Of a stretch of 64,000 bases of DNA, positions 1-10,997 are shown piece by piece. Position numbers and translations under genes: made by a program. The notes below the pieces were generated by a model. It made no database searches and was not told the origin of the DNA. It was given only the letters and a program-made list of their open reading frames with translations. Positions within the stretch are counted from its first letter, which is position 1, and every line of letters begins with the position of its first letter. This DNA comes from Hydrurus foetidus (lineage: Eukaryota): NCBI GenBank assembly GCA_900617105.1, contig UYFQ01000001.1, positions 1,736,001-1,800,000 on the forward strand, in the 5' to 3' direction.

Positions 1-1
1 G

Positions 2-421
2 CAAGACAAACTGGTTGAGCGCAAATCACCGCTGCCCATCGTGTTTATCACCGGCCACGGTGACGTGCCGATGGCCGTGACCACCATGAAAAAAGGTGCG
101 ATGGACTTTATTCAAAAGCCGTTCCAGGAAGAAGCGCTGGTGAATTTGGTCGAGCGCATGCTGGAGCAAGCCAGAGTCGCCTTTGCGGGCCACCAGCAGT
201 CGGCCAGCCGCGACGCCCTGCTGGCCAAACTGACCACGCGCGAAACCCAGGTGCTGGAGCGCATTGTGGCGGGCCGCTTGAACAAACAAATTGCCGACGA
301 CCTCGGCATCAGTATTAAAACGGTGGAGGCGCACCGCGCCAACATCATGGAAAAACTCAACGCCAACACCGTTGCCGACCTGTTGAAAATTGCATTGGGT
401 TCGACCACAGCCAAGGCCTGA
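2..421 (+). CDS. FixJ/LuxR-family response regulator (5'-truncated by window)
   Basis: Open frame from base 2. Receiver C-terminal half (FITGHGDVPMAV..GAMDFIQKPF) and LuxR-type HTH (LTTRETQVL..GRLNKQIADDLGISIKTVEAHRANIMEKL). Confidence 0.9.
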   Translation, partial: QDKLVERKSPLPIVFITGHGDVPMAVTTMKKGAMDFIQKPFQEEALVNLVERMLEQARVAFAGHQQSASRDALLAKLTTRETQVLERIVAGRLNKQIADDLGISIKTVEAHRANIMEKLNANTVADLLKIALGSTTAKA

Positions 422-447
422 CAAGGCAATTCAACCATTGCTTTTGG

Positions 448-495
448 GCTATTAATTCAGTAGCAACTCGCGCCCGTACCCATTAGGCTGACGGG
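448..495 (+). repeat. 48-bp dispersed motif copy 1 (intergenic)
   Basis: GCTAT-taattca-GTAGC-AACTCGCGCCCG-tacccat-TAGGCTGACGGG. Confidence 0.8.
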
Positions 496-503
496 CGTTT
501 TTG
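471..503 (+). terminator. Probable intrinsic terminator of the response regulator gene, overlapping motif copy 1
   Basis: CGCCCGT-N13-ACGGGCG stem followed by TTTTTG, about 50 nt after the stop codon. Confidence 0.5.
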
Positions 504-526
504 TTGCCCAATCAGCCTCGAAACTG

Positions 527-565
527 CTCAAAATCACTCAAAATCACTCAGGATCATTCAAAGCA
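527..565 (+). repeat. 10-bp tandem repeat upstream of folD
   Basis: CTCAAAATCA CTCAAAATCA CTCAGGATCA TTCAAAGCA. Confidence 0.6.
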
Positions 566-567
566 CC

Positions 568-1413
568 ATGACGGCTCAACTCATTGACGGCAACGCCCTG
601 TCCAAGCAACTGCGCCTTGACGTAGCCAGACGCGCGACTGCGTTGCGCGCACGCGGCATCACGCCGGGCCTGGCAGTGGTGCTGGTGGGCGATAACCCGG
701 CCAGCCAGGTGTATGTGCGCAACAAAGTCAAAGCCTGCGAAGACAACGGCTTGTATTCAGTATTAGACAAACACCCCGCTACCTTGAGCGAAGCCGACTT
801 ATTGGCACGGGTGGACGCGCTGAACCATGACCCGGCCATTCACGGCATATTGGTTCAGTTGCCGTTGCCTTCACACATCGATGCACATAAGGTCATTGAA
901 GCGATTGCTCCGGCTAAGGACGTGGACGGCTTTCACGTGGCCAGCGCAGGCGCATTACTGGTCGGCCAGCCGGGTTTTTGGCCCTGCACGCCCTACGGCT
1001 GCATGAAGATGCTGGAAAGTGTTGGTTACGAGCTGCGCGGCAAGCACGCAGTGGTCATTGGCCGCAGCAACATCGTCGGCAAACCCATGGCGCTGATGCT
1101 GCTGCAAAAAAATGCCACGGTCACCATTTGCCACAGCGCCACGGTTGATTTGAAAGCCATGACGCTGCAAGCCGACGTGATTGTCGCTGCAGTGGGCAAG
1201 CGCAACGTGTTGACCGCCGACATGGTCAAACCCGGTGCCGTGGTGATTGACGTGGGTATGAACCGCGACGACATCGGCAAGCTGTGTGGCGACGTTGATT
1301 TTGAAGGCGTGAACCAGGTTGCGGGCTACATCACGCCTGTGCCGGGTGGTGTGGGGCCGATGACGATCACTATGCTGCTGGTGAATACACTTGAGGCTGC
1401 AGAGCGCTTGTAA
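568..1413 (+). CDS. folD: Bifunctional methylenetetrahydrofolate dehydrogenase/cyclohydrolase
   Basis: Motifs [52 protein letters not shown]. Confidence 0.98.
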   Translation: MTAQLIDGNALSKQLRLDVARRATALRARGITPGLAVVLVGDNPASQVYVRNKVKACEDNGLYSVLDKHPATLSEADLLARVDALNHDPAIHGILVQLPLPSHIDAHKVIEAIAPAKDVDGFHVASAGALLVGQPGFWPCTPYGCMKMLESVGYELRGKHAVVIGRSNIVGKPMALMLLQKNATVTICHSATVDLKAMTLQADVIVAAVGKRNVLTADMVKPGAVVIDVGMNRDDIGKLCGDVDFEGVNQVAGYITPVPGGVGPMTITMLLVNTLEAAERL

Positions 1414-1419
1414 GCCGCG

Positions 1420-1842
1420 CTATTTTTCCCGACTCAATGTCCAAAGCGCAAAACCAGCGCACAGCCACTGCCCAAAATACATCGCACTGCCTAGGCCGTG
1501 CAGTAGCTTTAAATTGCCACCGTCAGCCCGGGCGCTGATGATTCGAGGGGACAGGCCGAACTCAACAAGCACTGCCAGCAGCAATCCAGCTACTACAAAT
1601 TTAATAGCTGCTCGCGCCCGTATATCTTGGTCTACAGGGTCTTTTTGATTGAAAATAAGCAATAAAAACAGGGCGCAGGCAATGCTGAGCCAGGTTTGCG
1701 CGGTGAACAACTTGGCGGCCATTTGCCCTGCGGCTGCTGGGCTCGGCAGGTTGGTAAAAAGCATCGGCACCACTACAAAACCCAGTAATGTCAGGCTGCC
1801 CCACCACAGGGCGGCTAGCATCAAGCCAAAACGGTAGCGCAT
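1420..1842 (-). CDS. DUF4149-like membrane protein
   Basis: 140 aa with four hydrophobic segments; GFVVVPMLF..AGQMAAKLF and terminal HGLGSAMY. Lies directly after greA. Confidence 0.75.
   Translation of the reverse strand: MRYRFGLMLAALWWGSLTLLGFVVVPMLFTNLPSPAAAGQMAAKLFTAQTWLSIACALFLLLIFNQKDPVDQDIRARAAIKFVVAGLLLAVLVEFGLSPRIISARADGGNLKLLHGLGSAMYFGQWLCAGFALWTLSREK
1592..1639 (+). repeat. 48-bp motif copy 2 (inside DUF4149-like gene, encodes PVDQDIRARAAIKFVV)
   Basis: ACTAC-aaattta-ATAGC-TGCTCGCGCCCG-tatatct-TGGTCTACAGGG. Confidence 0.9.
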
Positions 1843-1845
1843 GGG

Positions 1846-2322
1846 TTAGATGTACATCACCGCAATGATCTCGTAGCGCTTGAGCCCGCCAGGGGCTTGA
1901 AATTCGACCGAGTCACCTTCGTCTTTCCCAATCAGCGCTCTTGCAATCGGCGAATTGATATTGACCCGGCCAAACTTGATATCGGCTTCGTCTTCCCCCA
2001 CGATTTGATAGGTGACTTTGCTACCGGAGTCCTCGTCTTCGAGCTCAATGGTGGAGCCAAAAACCACCTTGCCGCCCGCGTCGATTTCAGACGGGTCAAT
2101 GATTTGCGCGACAGACAGCTTGCCTTCAACCTCTTGTATGCGGCCTTCAACAAAGCCTTGCCGGTCTTTGGCGGCTTCGTATTCGGCGTTTTCGCTCAGG
2201 TCGCCTTGGGCGCGTGCCTCAGAAATCGCGTTGATGACCCACGGACGGTGAACCGTCTTCAGCTCATGCAACTCGGCTTTGAGTTTTTCAGCGCCGATTT
2301 TGGTGATTGGGATAGTGGCCAT
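1846..2322 (-). CDS. greA: Transcription elongation factor GreA
   Basis: [17 protein letters not shown] and [21 protein letters not shown] motifs; downstream of carB. Confidence 0.98.
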   Translation of the reverse strand: MATIPITKIGAEKLKAELHELKTVHRPWVINAISEARAQGDLSENAEYEAAKDRQGFVEGRIQEVEGKLSVAQIIDPSEIDAGGKVVFGSTIELEDEDSGSKVTYQIVGEDEADIKFGRVNINSPIARALIGKDEGDSVEFQAPGGLKRYEIIAVMYI

Positions 2323-2336
2323 GGTGTGTCTTCAGT

Positions 2337-2371
2337 AAAAGCGAAACCGCCACGGGTTTCCCTGTGGCGGT
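2337..2371 (-). terminator. Terminator-like hairpin immediately upstream of greA
   Basis: Minus strand ACCGCCACAGG-GAAA-CCCGTGGCGGT followed by TTCGCTTTT, ending 15 nt before the greA ATG. Confidence 0.65.
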
Positions 2372-2437
2372 GTATTAAGAACTGAATCTAGTTTAATGCA
2401 AACCGCGTCGTAAATTGACAAAGGCTATACCCGGATC

Positions 2438-2533
2438 GTTCAAACTCGAGACGCGGAACTGGCTTTGCCAGGCCGCAGGCGGGCGGCCCCCTCGGGGGGC
2501 AGGAAGCTACACGAAGTGAGCGACCGTGGGGGC
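2438..2533. repeat. Putative GC-rich multi-hairpin repeat element overlapping the carB 3' end
   Basis: Hairpins TGGC-TTT-GCCA and GCCCCC-TCG-GGGGGC. Only one copy is in this window; the repeat call rests on my recollection of similar LPPEGA-encoding elements in Comamonadaceae. Confidence 0.4.
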
Positions 2534-5500
2534 AAGTTGCTCATGCATTTCTTGGATGGATATCACGCCTAGGTTGTCCAAATGCTTCATGCCTTCAACC
2601 GCTGCTTCAGCGCCTGCGATCGTCGTGAAAGTGGTTACCCGGGCCAAAAGCGCAGACGTGCGGATTTGCCTTGAATCAGCAATCGCGTTGCGACGCTCTT
2701 CAACCGTATTGATCACCAGCGCGATTTCGTTGTTTTTGATCATATCGACCACATTGGGCCGACCCTCTGCCACCTTGCTCACCACCTTGCAAGCTACCCC
2801 CACCGCTTGAATAGCTACAGCCGTGCCCTTGGTGGCCACAATATCAAATTTCATAGCGGCCAGCACCCGTGCTACCTCGACTGCACGTGGTTTGTCGTTG
2901 TTTTTAACCGTCAAGAATACCGTGCCAGCCGTCGGCAATTTGGTGCCTGCGCCAAGCTGCGATTTAACAAATGCTTCGCCGAAAGTTTTGCCCACGCCCA
3001 TCACCTCGCCAGTCGACTTCATCTCTGGTCCCAGAATCGTGTCGACACCAGGGAATTTAACGAATGGGAATACCGCTTCTTTCACGCTGAAATACGGGGG
3101 CGTCACTTCTTTCGTGATGCCTTGCGAAGCCAACGACTGCCCCACCATGCAACGAGCCGCCACTTTGGCCAGCTGGGTGCCCGTGGCCTTGCTGACAAAT
3201 GGCACAGTGCGAGACGCACGCGGGTTGACTTCCAGCACGTAAATCACGTCTTTGTCGTCTACATGCTGAATGGCGAATTGCACGTTCATCAGTCCGACAA
3301 CGTTAAGCGCAGTGGCCATGGCGGCGGTTTGGCATTTGATTTCAAGCACTGTCTCAGCGCTGAGGGAATACGGCGGTAGCGAGCACGCCGAGTCCCCGCT
3401 GTGCACGCCTGCTTGCTCGATATGCTCCATCACGCCGCCGATAAAGGTTGCACCCGTGTCGTCGCGAATGCAATCGACATCGCATTCGATGGCGTCGTTC
3501 AGAAAGCGGTCGAGCAGCACGGGCGAGTCGTGGCTGACCTTGACGGCTTCACGCATGTAGCGCTCGAGGTCGCGCTGCTCGTGCACGATTTCCATCGCGC
3601 GGCCGCCCAGCACGTAGCTGGGGCGCACGACCAGCGGGTAGCCTAGTGCCAGCGCTTTTTCAAGAGCTTCAGGCTCAGTACGGGCGGTGGCATTGGGCGG
3701 CTGTTTCAGACCCAACTCATGCAGCAACTTGGAAAACCGCTCGCGGTCTTCAGCGGCATCAATCATGTCCGGCGAGGTGCCGATGATGGGCACGCCGTTG
3801 GCTTCTAAATCAAGCGCCAATTTCAAAGGCGTCTGGCCGCCGTACTGCACGATAACGCCAAATGGCTTTTCTTTGTCGACGATTTCGAGTACGTCTTCAA
3901 GTGTTAACGGCTCAAAATATAAGCGGTCAGAGGTGTCGTAGTCAGTCGATACGGTCTCAGGGTTGCAGTTGACCATGATGGTTTCATAGCCGTCTTCACG
4001 CATGGCCAGCGCCGCATGCACACAACAGTAGTCAAACTCAATGCCCTGGCCGATGCGGTTCGGCCCGCCACCCAGCACCATGATTTTTTTCTTGGTAGTT
4101 GGCTCGGCCTCGCACTCAGCGCCTTCGGCCTCATAAGTTGAGTAAAGGTAAGCCGTGTTGGTCGCAAACTCGGCTGCGCAGGTGTCGACACGCTTGTAGA
4201 CTGGGCGAACGCCGAGTTCTCGGCGGGCCGCACGTATGGCGGTGTCGGTGGTTTTAAGCTGGCGCGCCAAGCGGCGGTCTGAAAAGCCTTTTTGCTTGAG
4301 CGCCCGCAAAGTGGCAGCGTCTATTTGCTCTAGTGACTTGGTTTCTAGTTCCAGTTCGATCTTGACGATTTGCTCAATCTGCACCAAAAACCAGCGGTCG
4401 ATTTTAGTCAGCGCAAACACCTCATCCACACTCATGCCCATCGCAAACGCATCGCCCACATACCAAATACGCTCAGGCCCTGGAGTGCCCAGTTCTTTTT
4501 CAAGCACTTCACGGTCTTGGGTTTTTTCGTTCATGCCGTCAACGCCGACTTCCAGCCCACGCAGCGCTTTTTGAAACGACTCTTGAAAGGTGCGGCCCAT
4601 CGCCATGACTTCACCGACCGACTTCATTTGTGTGGTCAGGCGCGCGTCGGCAGTTGGGAATTTTTCAAAAGCAAAGCGTGGGATTTTGGTCACCACGTAA
4701 TCGATGCTTGGCTCAAAACTGGCTGGCGTTGCACCGCCCGTGATCTCGTTGCGCAGCTCGTCCAGCGTGTAGCCAATGGCCAGCTTGGCGGCGACTTTAG
4801 CAATCGGGAAACCTGTGGCTTTGGACGCCAGTGCGGACGAACGGGACACTCGCGGATTCATCTCAATAACCACCATGCGGCCGTCGTCGGGGTTGATGGC
4901 GAACTGCACGTTTGAGCCGCCTGTATCTACGCCAATCTCACGCAGCACGGCCAGTGAGGCGTTGCGCAAAATCTGGTATTCCTTGTCGCTCAAAGTTTGC
5001 GCAGGCGCGACGGTAATCGAATCGCCGGTATGCACGCCCATTGGGTCGAGGTTTTCAATCGAGCAAACAATGATGCAGTTGTCCGCCGTGTCACGCACCA
5101 CTTCCATCTCGTATTCTTTCCAGCCAAGCAGCGACTCTTCAATCAACAGCTCGCTGGTGGGTGACGCTTCAATACCGCGCTTGCAAATCGTCTCGAACTC
5201 CTCTGAGTTGTAAGCGATGCCGCCGCCCGTGCCGCCCAGCGTAAAACTGGGGCGAATCACGGTTGGGAAGCCCAGCGTTTTTTGCACTGTCCAGGCTTCT
5301 TCAAGCGTATGGGCAATACCGGAGCGGGCTGAACCGAGGCCGATTTTGGTCATCGCGTCTTTGAACTTCAAGCGGTCTTCGGCTTTGTCAATCGCCTCGG
5401 GCTTGGCGCCGATGAGTTCGACCTTGTACTTTTCCAGCACGCCGTTATGCCATAAGTCCAGCGCGCAGTTCAGCGCGGTTTGCCCACCCATGGTCGGCAA

Positions 5501-5758
5501 AATCGCATCGGGCTTTTCTTTGGCAATGATTTTTTCAACCGTCTGCCAGTTGATCGGCTCGATGTAAGTCACGTCCGCCGTCGCTGGGTCGGTCATGATG
5601 GTGGCGGGGTTGCTGTTGATCAAAATGACCTTGTAACCCTCTTCCCGCAGCGCCTTGCAGGCCTGCACGCCAGAGTAGTCAAACTCACAAGCCTGACCAA
5701 TGATGATGGGGCCCGCGCCGATGATGAGGACGGATTTGATGTCGGTGCGTTTAGGCAT
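2507..5758 (-). CDS. carB: Carbamoyl-phosphate synthase large subunit
   Basis: [30 protein letters not shown] start, duplicated ATP-grasp domains, C-terminal MGS domain; 1083 aa. Confidence 0.99.
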   Translation of the reverse strand: MPKRTDIKSVLIIGAGPIIIGQACEFDYSGVQACKALREEGYKVILINSNPATIMTDPATADVTYIEPINWQTVEKIIAKEKPDAILPTMGGQTALNCALDLWHNGVLEKYKVELIGAKPEAIDKAEDRLKFKDAMTKIGLGSARSGIAHTLEEAWTVQKTLGFPTVIRPSFTLGGTGGGIAYNSEEFETICKRGIEASPTSELLIEESLLGWKEYEMEVVRDTADNCIIVCSIENLDPMGVHTGDSITVAPAQTLSDKEYQILRNASLAVLREIGVDTGGSNVQFAINPDDGRMVVIEMNPRVSRSSALASKATGFPIAKVAAKLAIGYTLDELRNEITGGATPASFEPSIDYVVTKIPRFAFEKFPTADARLTTQMKSVGEVMAMGRTFQESFQKALRGLEVGVDGMNEKTQDREVLEKELGTPGPERIWYVGDAFAMGMSVDEVFALTKIDRWFLVQIEQIVKIELELETKSLEQIDAATLRALKQKGFSDRRLARQLKTTDTAIRAARRELGVRPVYKRVDTCAAEFATNTAYLYSTYEAEGAECEAEPTTKKKIMVLGGGPNRIGQGIEFDYCCVHAALAMREDGYETIMVNCNPETVSTDYDTSDRLYFEPLTLEDVLEIVDKEKPFGVIVQYGGQTPLKLALDLEANGVPIIGTSPDMIDAAEDRERFSKLLHELGLKQPPNATARTEPEALEKALALGYPLVVRPSYVLGGRAMEIVHEQRDLERYMREAVKVSHDSPVLLDRFLNDAIECDVDCIRDDTGATFIGGVMEHIEQAGVHSGDSACSLPPYSLSAETVLEIKCQTAAMATALNVVGLMNVQFAIQHVDDKDVIYVLEVNPRASRTVPFVSKATGTQLAKVAARCMVGQSLASQGITKEVTPPYFSVKEAVFPFVKFPGVDTILGPEMKSTGEVMGVGKTFGEAFVKSQLGAGTKLPTAGTVFLTVKNNDKPRAVEVARVLAAMKFDIVATKGTAVAIQAVGVACKVVSKVAEGRPNVVDMIKNNEIALVINTVEERRNAIADSRQIRTSALLARVTTFTTIAGAEAAVEGMKHLDNLGVISIQEMHEQLAPTVAHFV

Positions 5759-5769
5759 CTTGCTTCACT

Positions 5770-5849
5770 TTGAAATCACGATTGGTGATGTTGAAAACAT
5801 ATAAAAATCAATAACTTACCATCTTGAAATCACAATTTGTGATCTCAAG
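5770..5849. promoter_or_regulatory. Two direct copies of a palindromic site flanking an IHF-consensus site in the carA-carB gap
   Basis: TTGAAATCACGATTGGTGATGTTGA (5770-5794) and CTTGAAATCACAATTTGTGATCTCAAG (5823-5849). AATCAA-TAAC-TTA at 5806-5818 fits WATCAANNNNTTR. Confidence 0.5.
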
Positions 5850-7035
5850 CGGCCTTCCCCATCAGAGCCATAAAACGGTCGAAAAGATAGGAAATGTCAT
5901 GCGGCCCCGGCGATGCCTCGGGGTGGCCCTGAAAGCAGAAAGCTGGCTTGTCCGTCCAGGCCAAGCCTTGCAGCGTGCCGTCAAACAAACTGATGTGGGT
6001 TGCGCGCAAATTTGACGGCAAGCTTTTGTCGTCAACTGCAAAGCCGTGGTTTTGGCTGGTGATACTGACACGGCCGTTGTCGAGGTCTTTGACCGGGTGA
6101 TTTGCGCCGTGGTGGCTTTGCTGCATTTTGAAGGTTTTGGCACCTGCCGCCAAAGCCATGATTTGGTGGCCCAGGCAAATGCCGAAGGTAGGGATGCCGG
6201 TTTCAATCAACTCGCGCACCGCGGTGATGGCGTAGTCGCACGGCTGAGGGTCGCCGGGGCCGTTAGACAAAAAGATGCCGTCGGGTTTGAGTTTGAGCAC
6301 ATCTGCAGCCGGCGTTTGCGCTGGTACGACCGTGATGCGCGCACCGCGCTCGGCCAGCATGCGCAAGATGTTTTTCTTCACGCCAAAGTCGTACGCAACA
6401 ACGTGGAACTTGGGGGTGATTTGCATGCCGTAGCCCGGCTTGCCTTCCAAGTTATCCAGCTTCCATTCAGTTTGCGTCCACTCATAGGTTTGCTGGCACG
6501 ACACGACTTTGGCCAAGTCAAGCCCGGCCATGTTGGGTGCGGCTTTGGCTTGGGCAATGGCTTTGTCAATCGCTGCCTGCGAGACGGCTTCGCCTTCATT
6601 CAGCGCCATGATGCAGCCGTTTTGCGCACCTTTGCTTCGAAGGTGGCGGGTCAATTGGCGAGTGTCGATATTGGCAATTGCTACCGTGCCTTCTTTAACC
6701 AAATACTCAGCCAAAGTCATCGACATGCGAAAGTTGGAAGCGAGCAGCGGCAAATCTTTAATGATCAAGCCTGCGGCATAGACTTTTTCAGACTCGACAT
6801 CCTCGGCATTAACGCCGTAATTGCCGATGTGCGGATAAGTCAGCGTGACCAATTGCTGACAGTAGCTGGGGTCGGTCAAAATTTCTTGGTAGCCGGTCAT
6901 GGCGGTGTTAAAAACCACCTCGCCGACGGTATGACCGGCAGCACCTATGGAGTTGCCAACAAAGACTGTGCCGTCTGCCAGCGCCAAAATGGCGTGAGGG
7001 TTGGTAAGGGACGATTCCTGTAAAGACAAAAGCAC
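5845..7035 (-). CDS. carA: Carbamoyl-phosphate synthase small subunit
   Basis: [51 protein letters not shown] at 7035 chosen because GGAGA precedes it. Confidence 0.98.
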   Translation of the reverse strand: MLLSLQESSLTNPHAILALADGTVFVGNSIGAAGHTVGEVVFNTAMTGYQEILTDPSYCQQLVTLTYPHIGNYGVNAEDVESEKVYAAGLIIKDLPLLASNFRMSMTLAEYLVKEGTVAIANIDTRQLTRHLRSKGAQNGCIMALNEGEAVSQAAIDKAIAQAKAAPNMAGLDLAKVVSCQQTYEWTQTEWKLDNLEGKPGYGMQITPKFHVVAYDFGVKKNILRMLAERGARITVVPAQTPAADVLKLKPDGIFLSNGPGDPQPCDYAITAVRELIETGIPTFGICLGHQIMALAAGAKTFKMQQSHHGANHPVKDLDNGRVSITSQNHGFAVDDKSLPSNLRATHISLFDGTLQGLAWTDKPAFCFQGHPEASPGPHDISYLFDRFMALMGKAA

Positions 7036-7182
7036 GGGAATTCTCCGAATGGATGCCATCTAGCCCAAGCGTGAATTCGCGGTTAGCGGATTAGCTGCTT
7101 TTATGAGGAATTTTGCTTCTTTGCGCTTGGGGCTAGCTGTGATTTGAAAAGCCCACAATTATAGCCTTTTCACCATGCCGAA

Positions 7183-7956
7183 CTAGCGCTGCATAGAGGA
7201 GAAATGCAGGCAAATAGCTGCAGCGGCCGCCACGTTCAATGACTCTTCACCGCCCGGCTGGGCGATGCGAACTTTGACGGCTGCCTTGGCCATGAGGTGA
7301 TCGGTAACCCCCTGCCCTTCATGCCCCAGCACCCAGGCGCATGGCGCGGGCAGCTTGGTTTGACCCAGAACACCCCCCTCATGTGAGCTGGTCACAACTA
7401 TTGGCACGGCAAGCGCTTCCAGCTCGTCAGGCTCAACACCTTCAAGCAACTGCAAGCCAAAATGCGCGCCCATTCCGGCGCGCAGCACCTTGGGCGACCA
7501 CAAGGCCGCCGTGCCTTTGAGTGCAATGACTTGGCAAAAACCAAACGCCGCTGCGCTGCGCACAATAGAGCCGACATTGCCAGCGTCTTGCACGCGGTCA
7601 AGAATAACGCTCGCGCTCGATGGCACCAAAGCGGGTTGCGGCGGTAAATCCATCACAAAACCCATGCTGGCAGCAGACTCTAAACCGCTGATGTCAGTAA
7701 ATAACGCATCAGAAATCACTATGTTTTTAATAGCTTCTCGCGCCCATATTAATTGGGCTTCAGGCCAAAAAGACTCTGAAAACAGGCCTAAAACAGGCTT
7801 GAAACCGCGTAAAAGCGCTGCACGGCATAAGTGATCGCCTTCCAGCCAGATACGGCCTTGCTTGCGGTAAGCGGTGTTATCGGCCTGCAGCTTGCGCAGC
7901 TCTTTGATCAGCGGGTTATTCGCTGACGTAATTCGCTCAGCAGCTGACGTCATCAC
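7183..7956 (-). CDS. TrmH/SpoU-family RNA methyltransferase
   Basis: [54 protein letters not shown] (SPOUT motifs). Confidence 0.93.
   Translation of the reverse strand: MMTSAAERITSANNPLIKELRKLQADNTAYRKQGRIWLEGDHLCRAALLRGFKPVLGLFSESFWPEAQLIWAREAIKNIVISDALFTDISGLESAASMGFVMDLPPQPALVPSSASVILDRVQDAGNVGSIVRSAAAFGFCQVIALKGTAALWSPKVLRAGMGAHFGLQLLEGVEPDELEALAVPIVVTSSHEGGVLGQTKLPAPCAWVLGHEGQGVTDHLMAKAAVKVRIAQPGGEESLNVAAAAAICLHFSSMQR
7718..7765 (+). repeat. 48-bp motif copy 3 (inside TrmH-family gene, encodes [16 protein letters not shown])
   Basis: ACTAT-gttttta-ATAGC-TTCTCGCGCCCA-tattaat-TGGGCTTCAGGC, followed by phased A-tracts to about 7804. Confidence 0.88.
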
Positions 7957-8567
7957 AACACCGCCGCTACAGGCGCAAACGTTTTACGGTGCTGCGGGCA
8001 GGCACCGTGCTCTTGAAGGGCCAGCAAATGCGCTGCTGTGCCGTAGCCTTTGTGCCCGGCAAAGCCGTACTGCGGGTACTGCAAGTCGTAGTCAGCGCAC
8101 CACCGGTCACGCGTGACTTTGGCCAATATTGACGCGGCAGAAATAGCCGGAACCAGCGCATCGCCTTTGACAATCGCTTCAGCCAGCATGCTGAGCAACG
8201 GCAACCGATTGCCGTCAACCAGCGCCTTGTGCGGCTTCAGGCGCAAACCCTCTACGGCCCGCTTCATGGCCAACATCGTGGCTTGCAGAATGTTCAGCTC
8301 GTCAATTTCTTCAACCGTGGCCATGGCAATAGAGCAGCACAGCGCCTTGGCGCGAATTTCGTCGTACAGCCTTTCCCTTTGCAGCGCGGTGAGCTTTTTC
8401 GAGTCAGCCAAGCCTTTGATCGGCTGGAGGTCATCCAAAATCACCGCTGCAGCGACGACCGGGCCCATCAGCGGGCCGCGCCCGGCCTCGTCCACGCCAG
8501 CGGTCAAGCCCGGCGCGTCCCACGACAGCGCAACTTGCTCAGCTTTTAAGAATTTTTTCGATCGCAT
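7953..8567 (-). CDS. rnhB: Ribonuclease HII
   Basis: [39 protein letters not shown] motifs. Confidence 0.97.
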   Translation of the reverse strand: MRSKKFLKAEQVALSWDAPGLTAGVDEAGRGPLMGPVVAAAVILDDLQPIKGLADSKKLTALQRERLYDEIRAKALCCSIAMATVEEIDELNILQATMLAMKRAVEGLRLKPHKALVDGNRLPLLSMLAEAIVKGDALVPAISAASILAKVTRDRWCADYDLQYPQYGFAGHKGYGTAAHLLALQEHGACPQHRKTFAPVAAVL

Positions 8568-9690
8568 CAGTGGCTAGCTTGGAGGTGTCACGCTGCAGCT
8601 CGGCGTGCAGGCGGGTGAAGCGTTGTTCAAGAGCCGCTATTTTGGCAGGCTCATGAGCCTTGGTATCGACCCATTGCAAAACGGCATTGGCCAAGGCTTG
8701 CGGGGTGGCAGCATCTTGCAGTAACTCAGGGACGACGAACTCTTCGCACAAGATGTTTGGCAGGCCGACCCAAGGTTGCAGTTTTTTGCGCTGCATGATG
8801 CGCCACGACAACCAGTTCATGTTGTACGCAATCACCATCGGGCGTTTGAACAGCGCAGCTTCTAGCGTGGCAGTACCGCTGGCGATCAGCGTCACATCGC
8901 AGGCAGCCAAAGCTGTGTGCGACTGGCCACTGAGTATTTGCAGGTTTTGCACGCCCGCTTGTTTAGCAATGCGCTCGATCTCAAGCTTTAGCGCAGGGAT
9001 GGCGGGTACTACAAATTTAATAGCTGCTTGCGCCCGATTAATAAGGGCTGCAGCCTGAAAAAATCTCCGGGCAAGGTATTGAATTTCAGATTTTCGGCTG
9101 CCTGGCAGGATGGCAATAACCGTGTCGGCCTCCTTCAAACCCAACTTGGCACGTGCGGCTGCGCGGTCTGGCTGCAGGGGTATACGGTTGGCCAGCGGGT
9201 GGCCGACGTAGGTGGCAGCAATCCCATGCTGGGCCAACAAATCCACTTCAAACGGGAAAATACACAGCACGTGATCAACACTGCGGCGGATTTTTTCAAC
9301 CCTGTCCGCGCGCCAAGCCCATATCGCCGGGCTGACGAAATGCACGGTTTTGATGCCTTTGGCTTTAAGCGCGGCTTCTAGGTCAAGATTAAAGTCGGGC
9401 GCATCTACACCAATGAAAATATCGGGTGGATTGGCCAGCAACCGAGTCTTGAGCTGCTCGCGGATGCCGACGATTTCGCGGTAGTGACGCAGCACCTCGA
9501 CATAGCCGCGCACAGCCAGCTTATCGCTCGGCCACCATGCATCAAAACCAATAGTCGCCATTTGCGGCCCACCTATGCCAAATGATGGCAAATCAGGCCA
9601 GCGTTGCTTCAAGCCGCCCAATAAAAGCCCTGCCAATAAATCGCCAGAAGTCTCGCCAGCGACCATCGCCACTGTTGGCGCCTTGTGCAT
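8539..9690 (-). CDS. lpxB: Lipid-A-disaccharide synthase
   Basis: [37 protein letters not shown] motifs; between lpxA and rnhB. Confidence 0.97.
   Translation of the reverse strand: MHKAPTVAMVAGETSGDLLAGLLLGGLKQRWPDLPSFGIGGPQMATIGFDAWWPSDKLAVRGYVEVLRHYREIVGIREQLKTRLLANPPDIFIGVDAPDFNLDLEAALKAKGIKTVHFVSPAIWAWRADRVEKIRRSVDHVLCIFPFEVDLLAQHGIAATYVGHPLANRIPLQPDRAAARAKLGLKEADTVIAILPGSRKSEIQYLARRFFQAAALINRAQAAIKFVVPAIPALKLEIERIAKQAGVQNLQILSGQSHTALAACDVTLIASGTATLEAALFKRPMVIAYNMNWLSWRIMQRKKLQPWVGLPNILCEEFVVPELLQDAATPQALANAVLQWVDTKAHEPAKIAALEQRFTRLHAELQRDTSKLATDAIEKILKS
9008..9055 (+). repeat. 48-bp motif copy 4 (inside lpxB, encodes [16 protein letters not shown])
   Basis: ACTAC-aaattta-ATAGC-TGCTTGCGCCCG-attaata-AGGGCTGCAGCC. 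Confidence 0.9.
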
Positions 9691-9697
9691 CGAAAAC

Positions 9698-10501
9698 TTA
9701 CCGAACGATACCGCGCTGCGGCGAGGTGTGCTCTAAAAAAGAGAGCATCATGCGCACATCGGGCGCTGACTCGGGATACTTTTCGCTCAGGCTGGCGATC
9801 TGCAGCTGCGCTGCGCCAAGCGTCAAGTCCTCACGGTACAAAGCCTTGTGCATAGCCTTGACACTGGCGATTCGGTCTGGTGAAAAACCTCGTCTGCGCA
9901 AGCCTTCAAAGTTCATGGTGCGAGCCTCGGCAGGCTGGCCTTGGCCCATGACAAACGGCGGCAAATCGGCAAACAGCAGTGAGCACATGGCCGTCATGCT
10001 GTGCGCACCGAGCCGCACAAACTGATGCACCACGGTAAAGCCACCCAAGATCACCCAGTCGCCGACCTGCACGTGCCCGGCTAACTGAGAATTGTTGGCA
10101 AAAATAGTGTGGTTGCCCACCTGGCAGTCGTGCGCCAAATGCACGTACGCCATGATCCAGTTGTCATTGCCCACGCGCGTCACACCCACGTCGCCTGGGG
10201 AGCCAATATTGAAAGTACAAAACTCACGGACGGTATTGCGGTCGCCAATGATCAACTCGCAAGGCTCGCCCGCGTACTTTTTGTCTTGCGGAATGGCGCC
10301 GAGTGAATTGAACTGGAAAATGCGGTTGTCTGCGCCAATGGTGGTGTGGCCCTCAATCACGCAGTGGGCGCCCACAGTGGTGCCGGCGCCAATTTTGACG
10401 TTTGGCCCGATGACGGTGTACGGTCCGACGCTTGCGGTGCTGTCGATCTCGGCTTGCGGGTCAACAATAGCGGTGGAGTGAATGCCCATTTTTACTGTCA
10501 T
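9698..10501 (-). CDS. lpxA: UDP-N-acetylglucosamine O-acyltransferase
   Basis: Hexapeptide repeats, [24 protein letters not shown]. Start is 10501 or 10489. Confidence 0.97.
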   Translation of the reverse strand: MTVKMGIHSTAIVDPQAEIDSTASVGPYTVIGPNVKIGAGTTVGAHCVIEGHTTIGADNRIFQFNSLGAIPQDKKYAGEPCELIIGDRNTVREFCTFNIGSPGDVGVTRVGNDNWIMAYVHLAHDCQVGNHTIFANNSQLAGHVQVGDWVILGGFTVVHQFVRLGAHSMTAMCSLLFADLPPFVMGQGQPAEARTMNFEGLRRRGFSPDRIASVKAMHKALYREDLTLGAAQLQIASLSEKYPESAPDVRMMLSFLEHTSPQRGIVR

Positions 10502-10506
10502 GTCAC

Positions 10507-10947
10507 TCAGGCAATCGTTCGCATGGTGCACATCAGCTCCGCCTCGCAGGCGATTGCTTCCCCGACCCGCGTCGTGCCTTTGAATTTGAAAATACCAGCC
10601 TTCATTCGCTCTAGCGACACATCCATGATCAACTGGTCACCAGGCTCCACCGGCCGCTTGAATCGCGCTGCATCGATACCCGCAAAGTAATACACAGTTT
10701 TGTCGTCAGGCGCTTGGCCCAGCATGTCAAACGCCAGCAGCGCAGCAGCTTGCGCCATGGCTTCCAGCATCAACACACCTGGCATGACTGGGCGGTGCGG
10801 GAAATGCCCCATAAAAAATGGCTCGTTGATGGTGACGTTTTTAAGCGCTTTGATGCGCTTGCCTTTTTCAATTTCCAGCACGCGGTCGACCAACAATATG
10901 GGGTAACGGTGCGGCAGCTGCTTCAAAATTTGGTGAATGTCCATCAT
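10507..10947 (-). CDS. fabZ: 3-hydroxyacyl-ACP dehydratase
   Basis: [37 protein letters not shown]. Confidence 0.98.
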   Translation of the reverse strand: MMDIHQILKQLPHRYPILLVDRVLEIEKGKRIKALKNVTINEPFFMGHFPHRPVMPGVLMLEAMAQAAALLAFDMLGQAPDDKTVYYFAGIDAARFKRPVEPGDQLIMDVSLERMKAGIFKFKGTTRVGEAIACEAELMCTMRTIA

Positions 10948-10997
10948 GATTTTTTCTTTGGTTTTTTTCTGCGGCTTGCAATTGGGCAAGTGGTGCG

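Noticed and set aside
1661..1686. Possible inverted second motif copy in the DUF4149-like gene (AATAAAAACAGGGCGCAGGCAATGCT)
   Set aside because: Only the core resembles the motif, the dyad is absent, and it is explained by TM-helix codons (IACALFLL).
6046..7023. 325-aa ORF antisense to carA and similar long shadow ORFs (28123-28875, 33566-34381, 45506-46327, 62051-62851)
   Set aside because: They lie opposite well-supported genes, have no recognisable motifs, and are expected from GC-rich codon bias.
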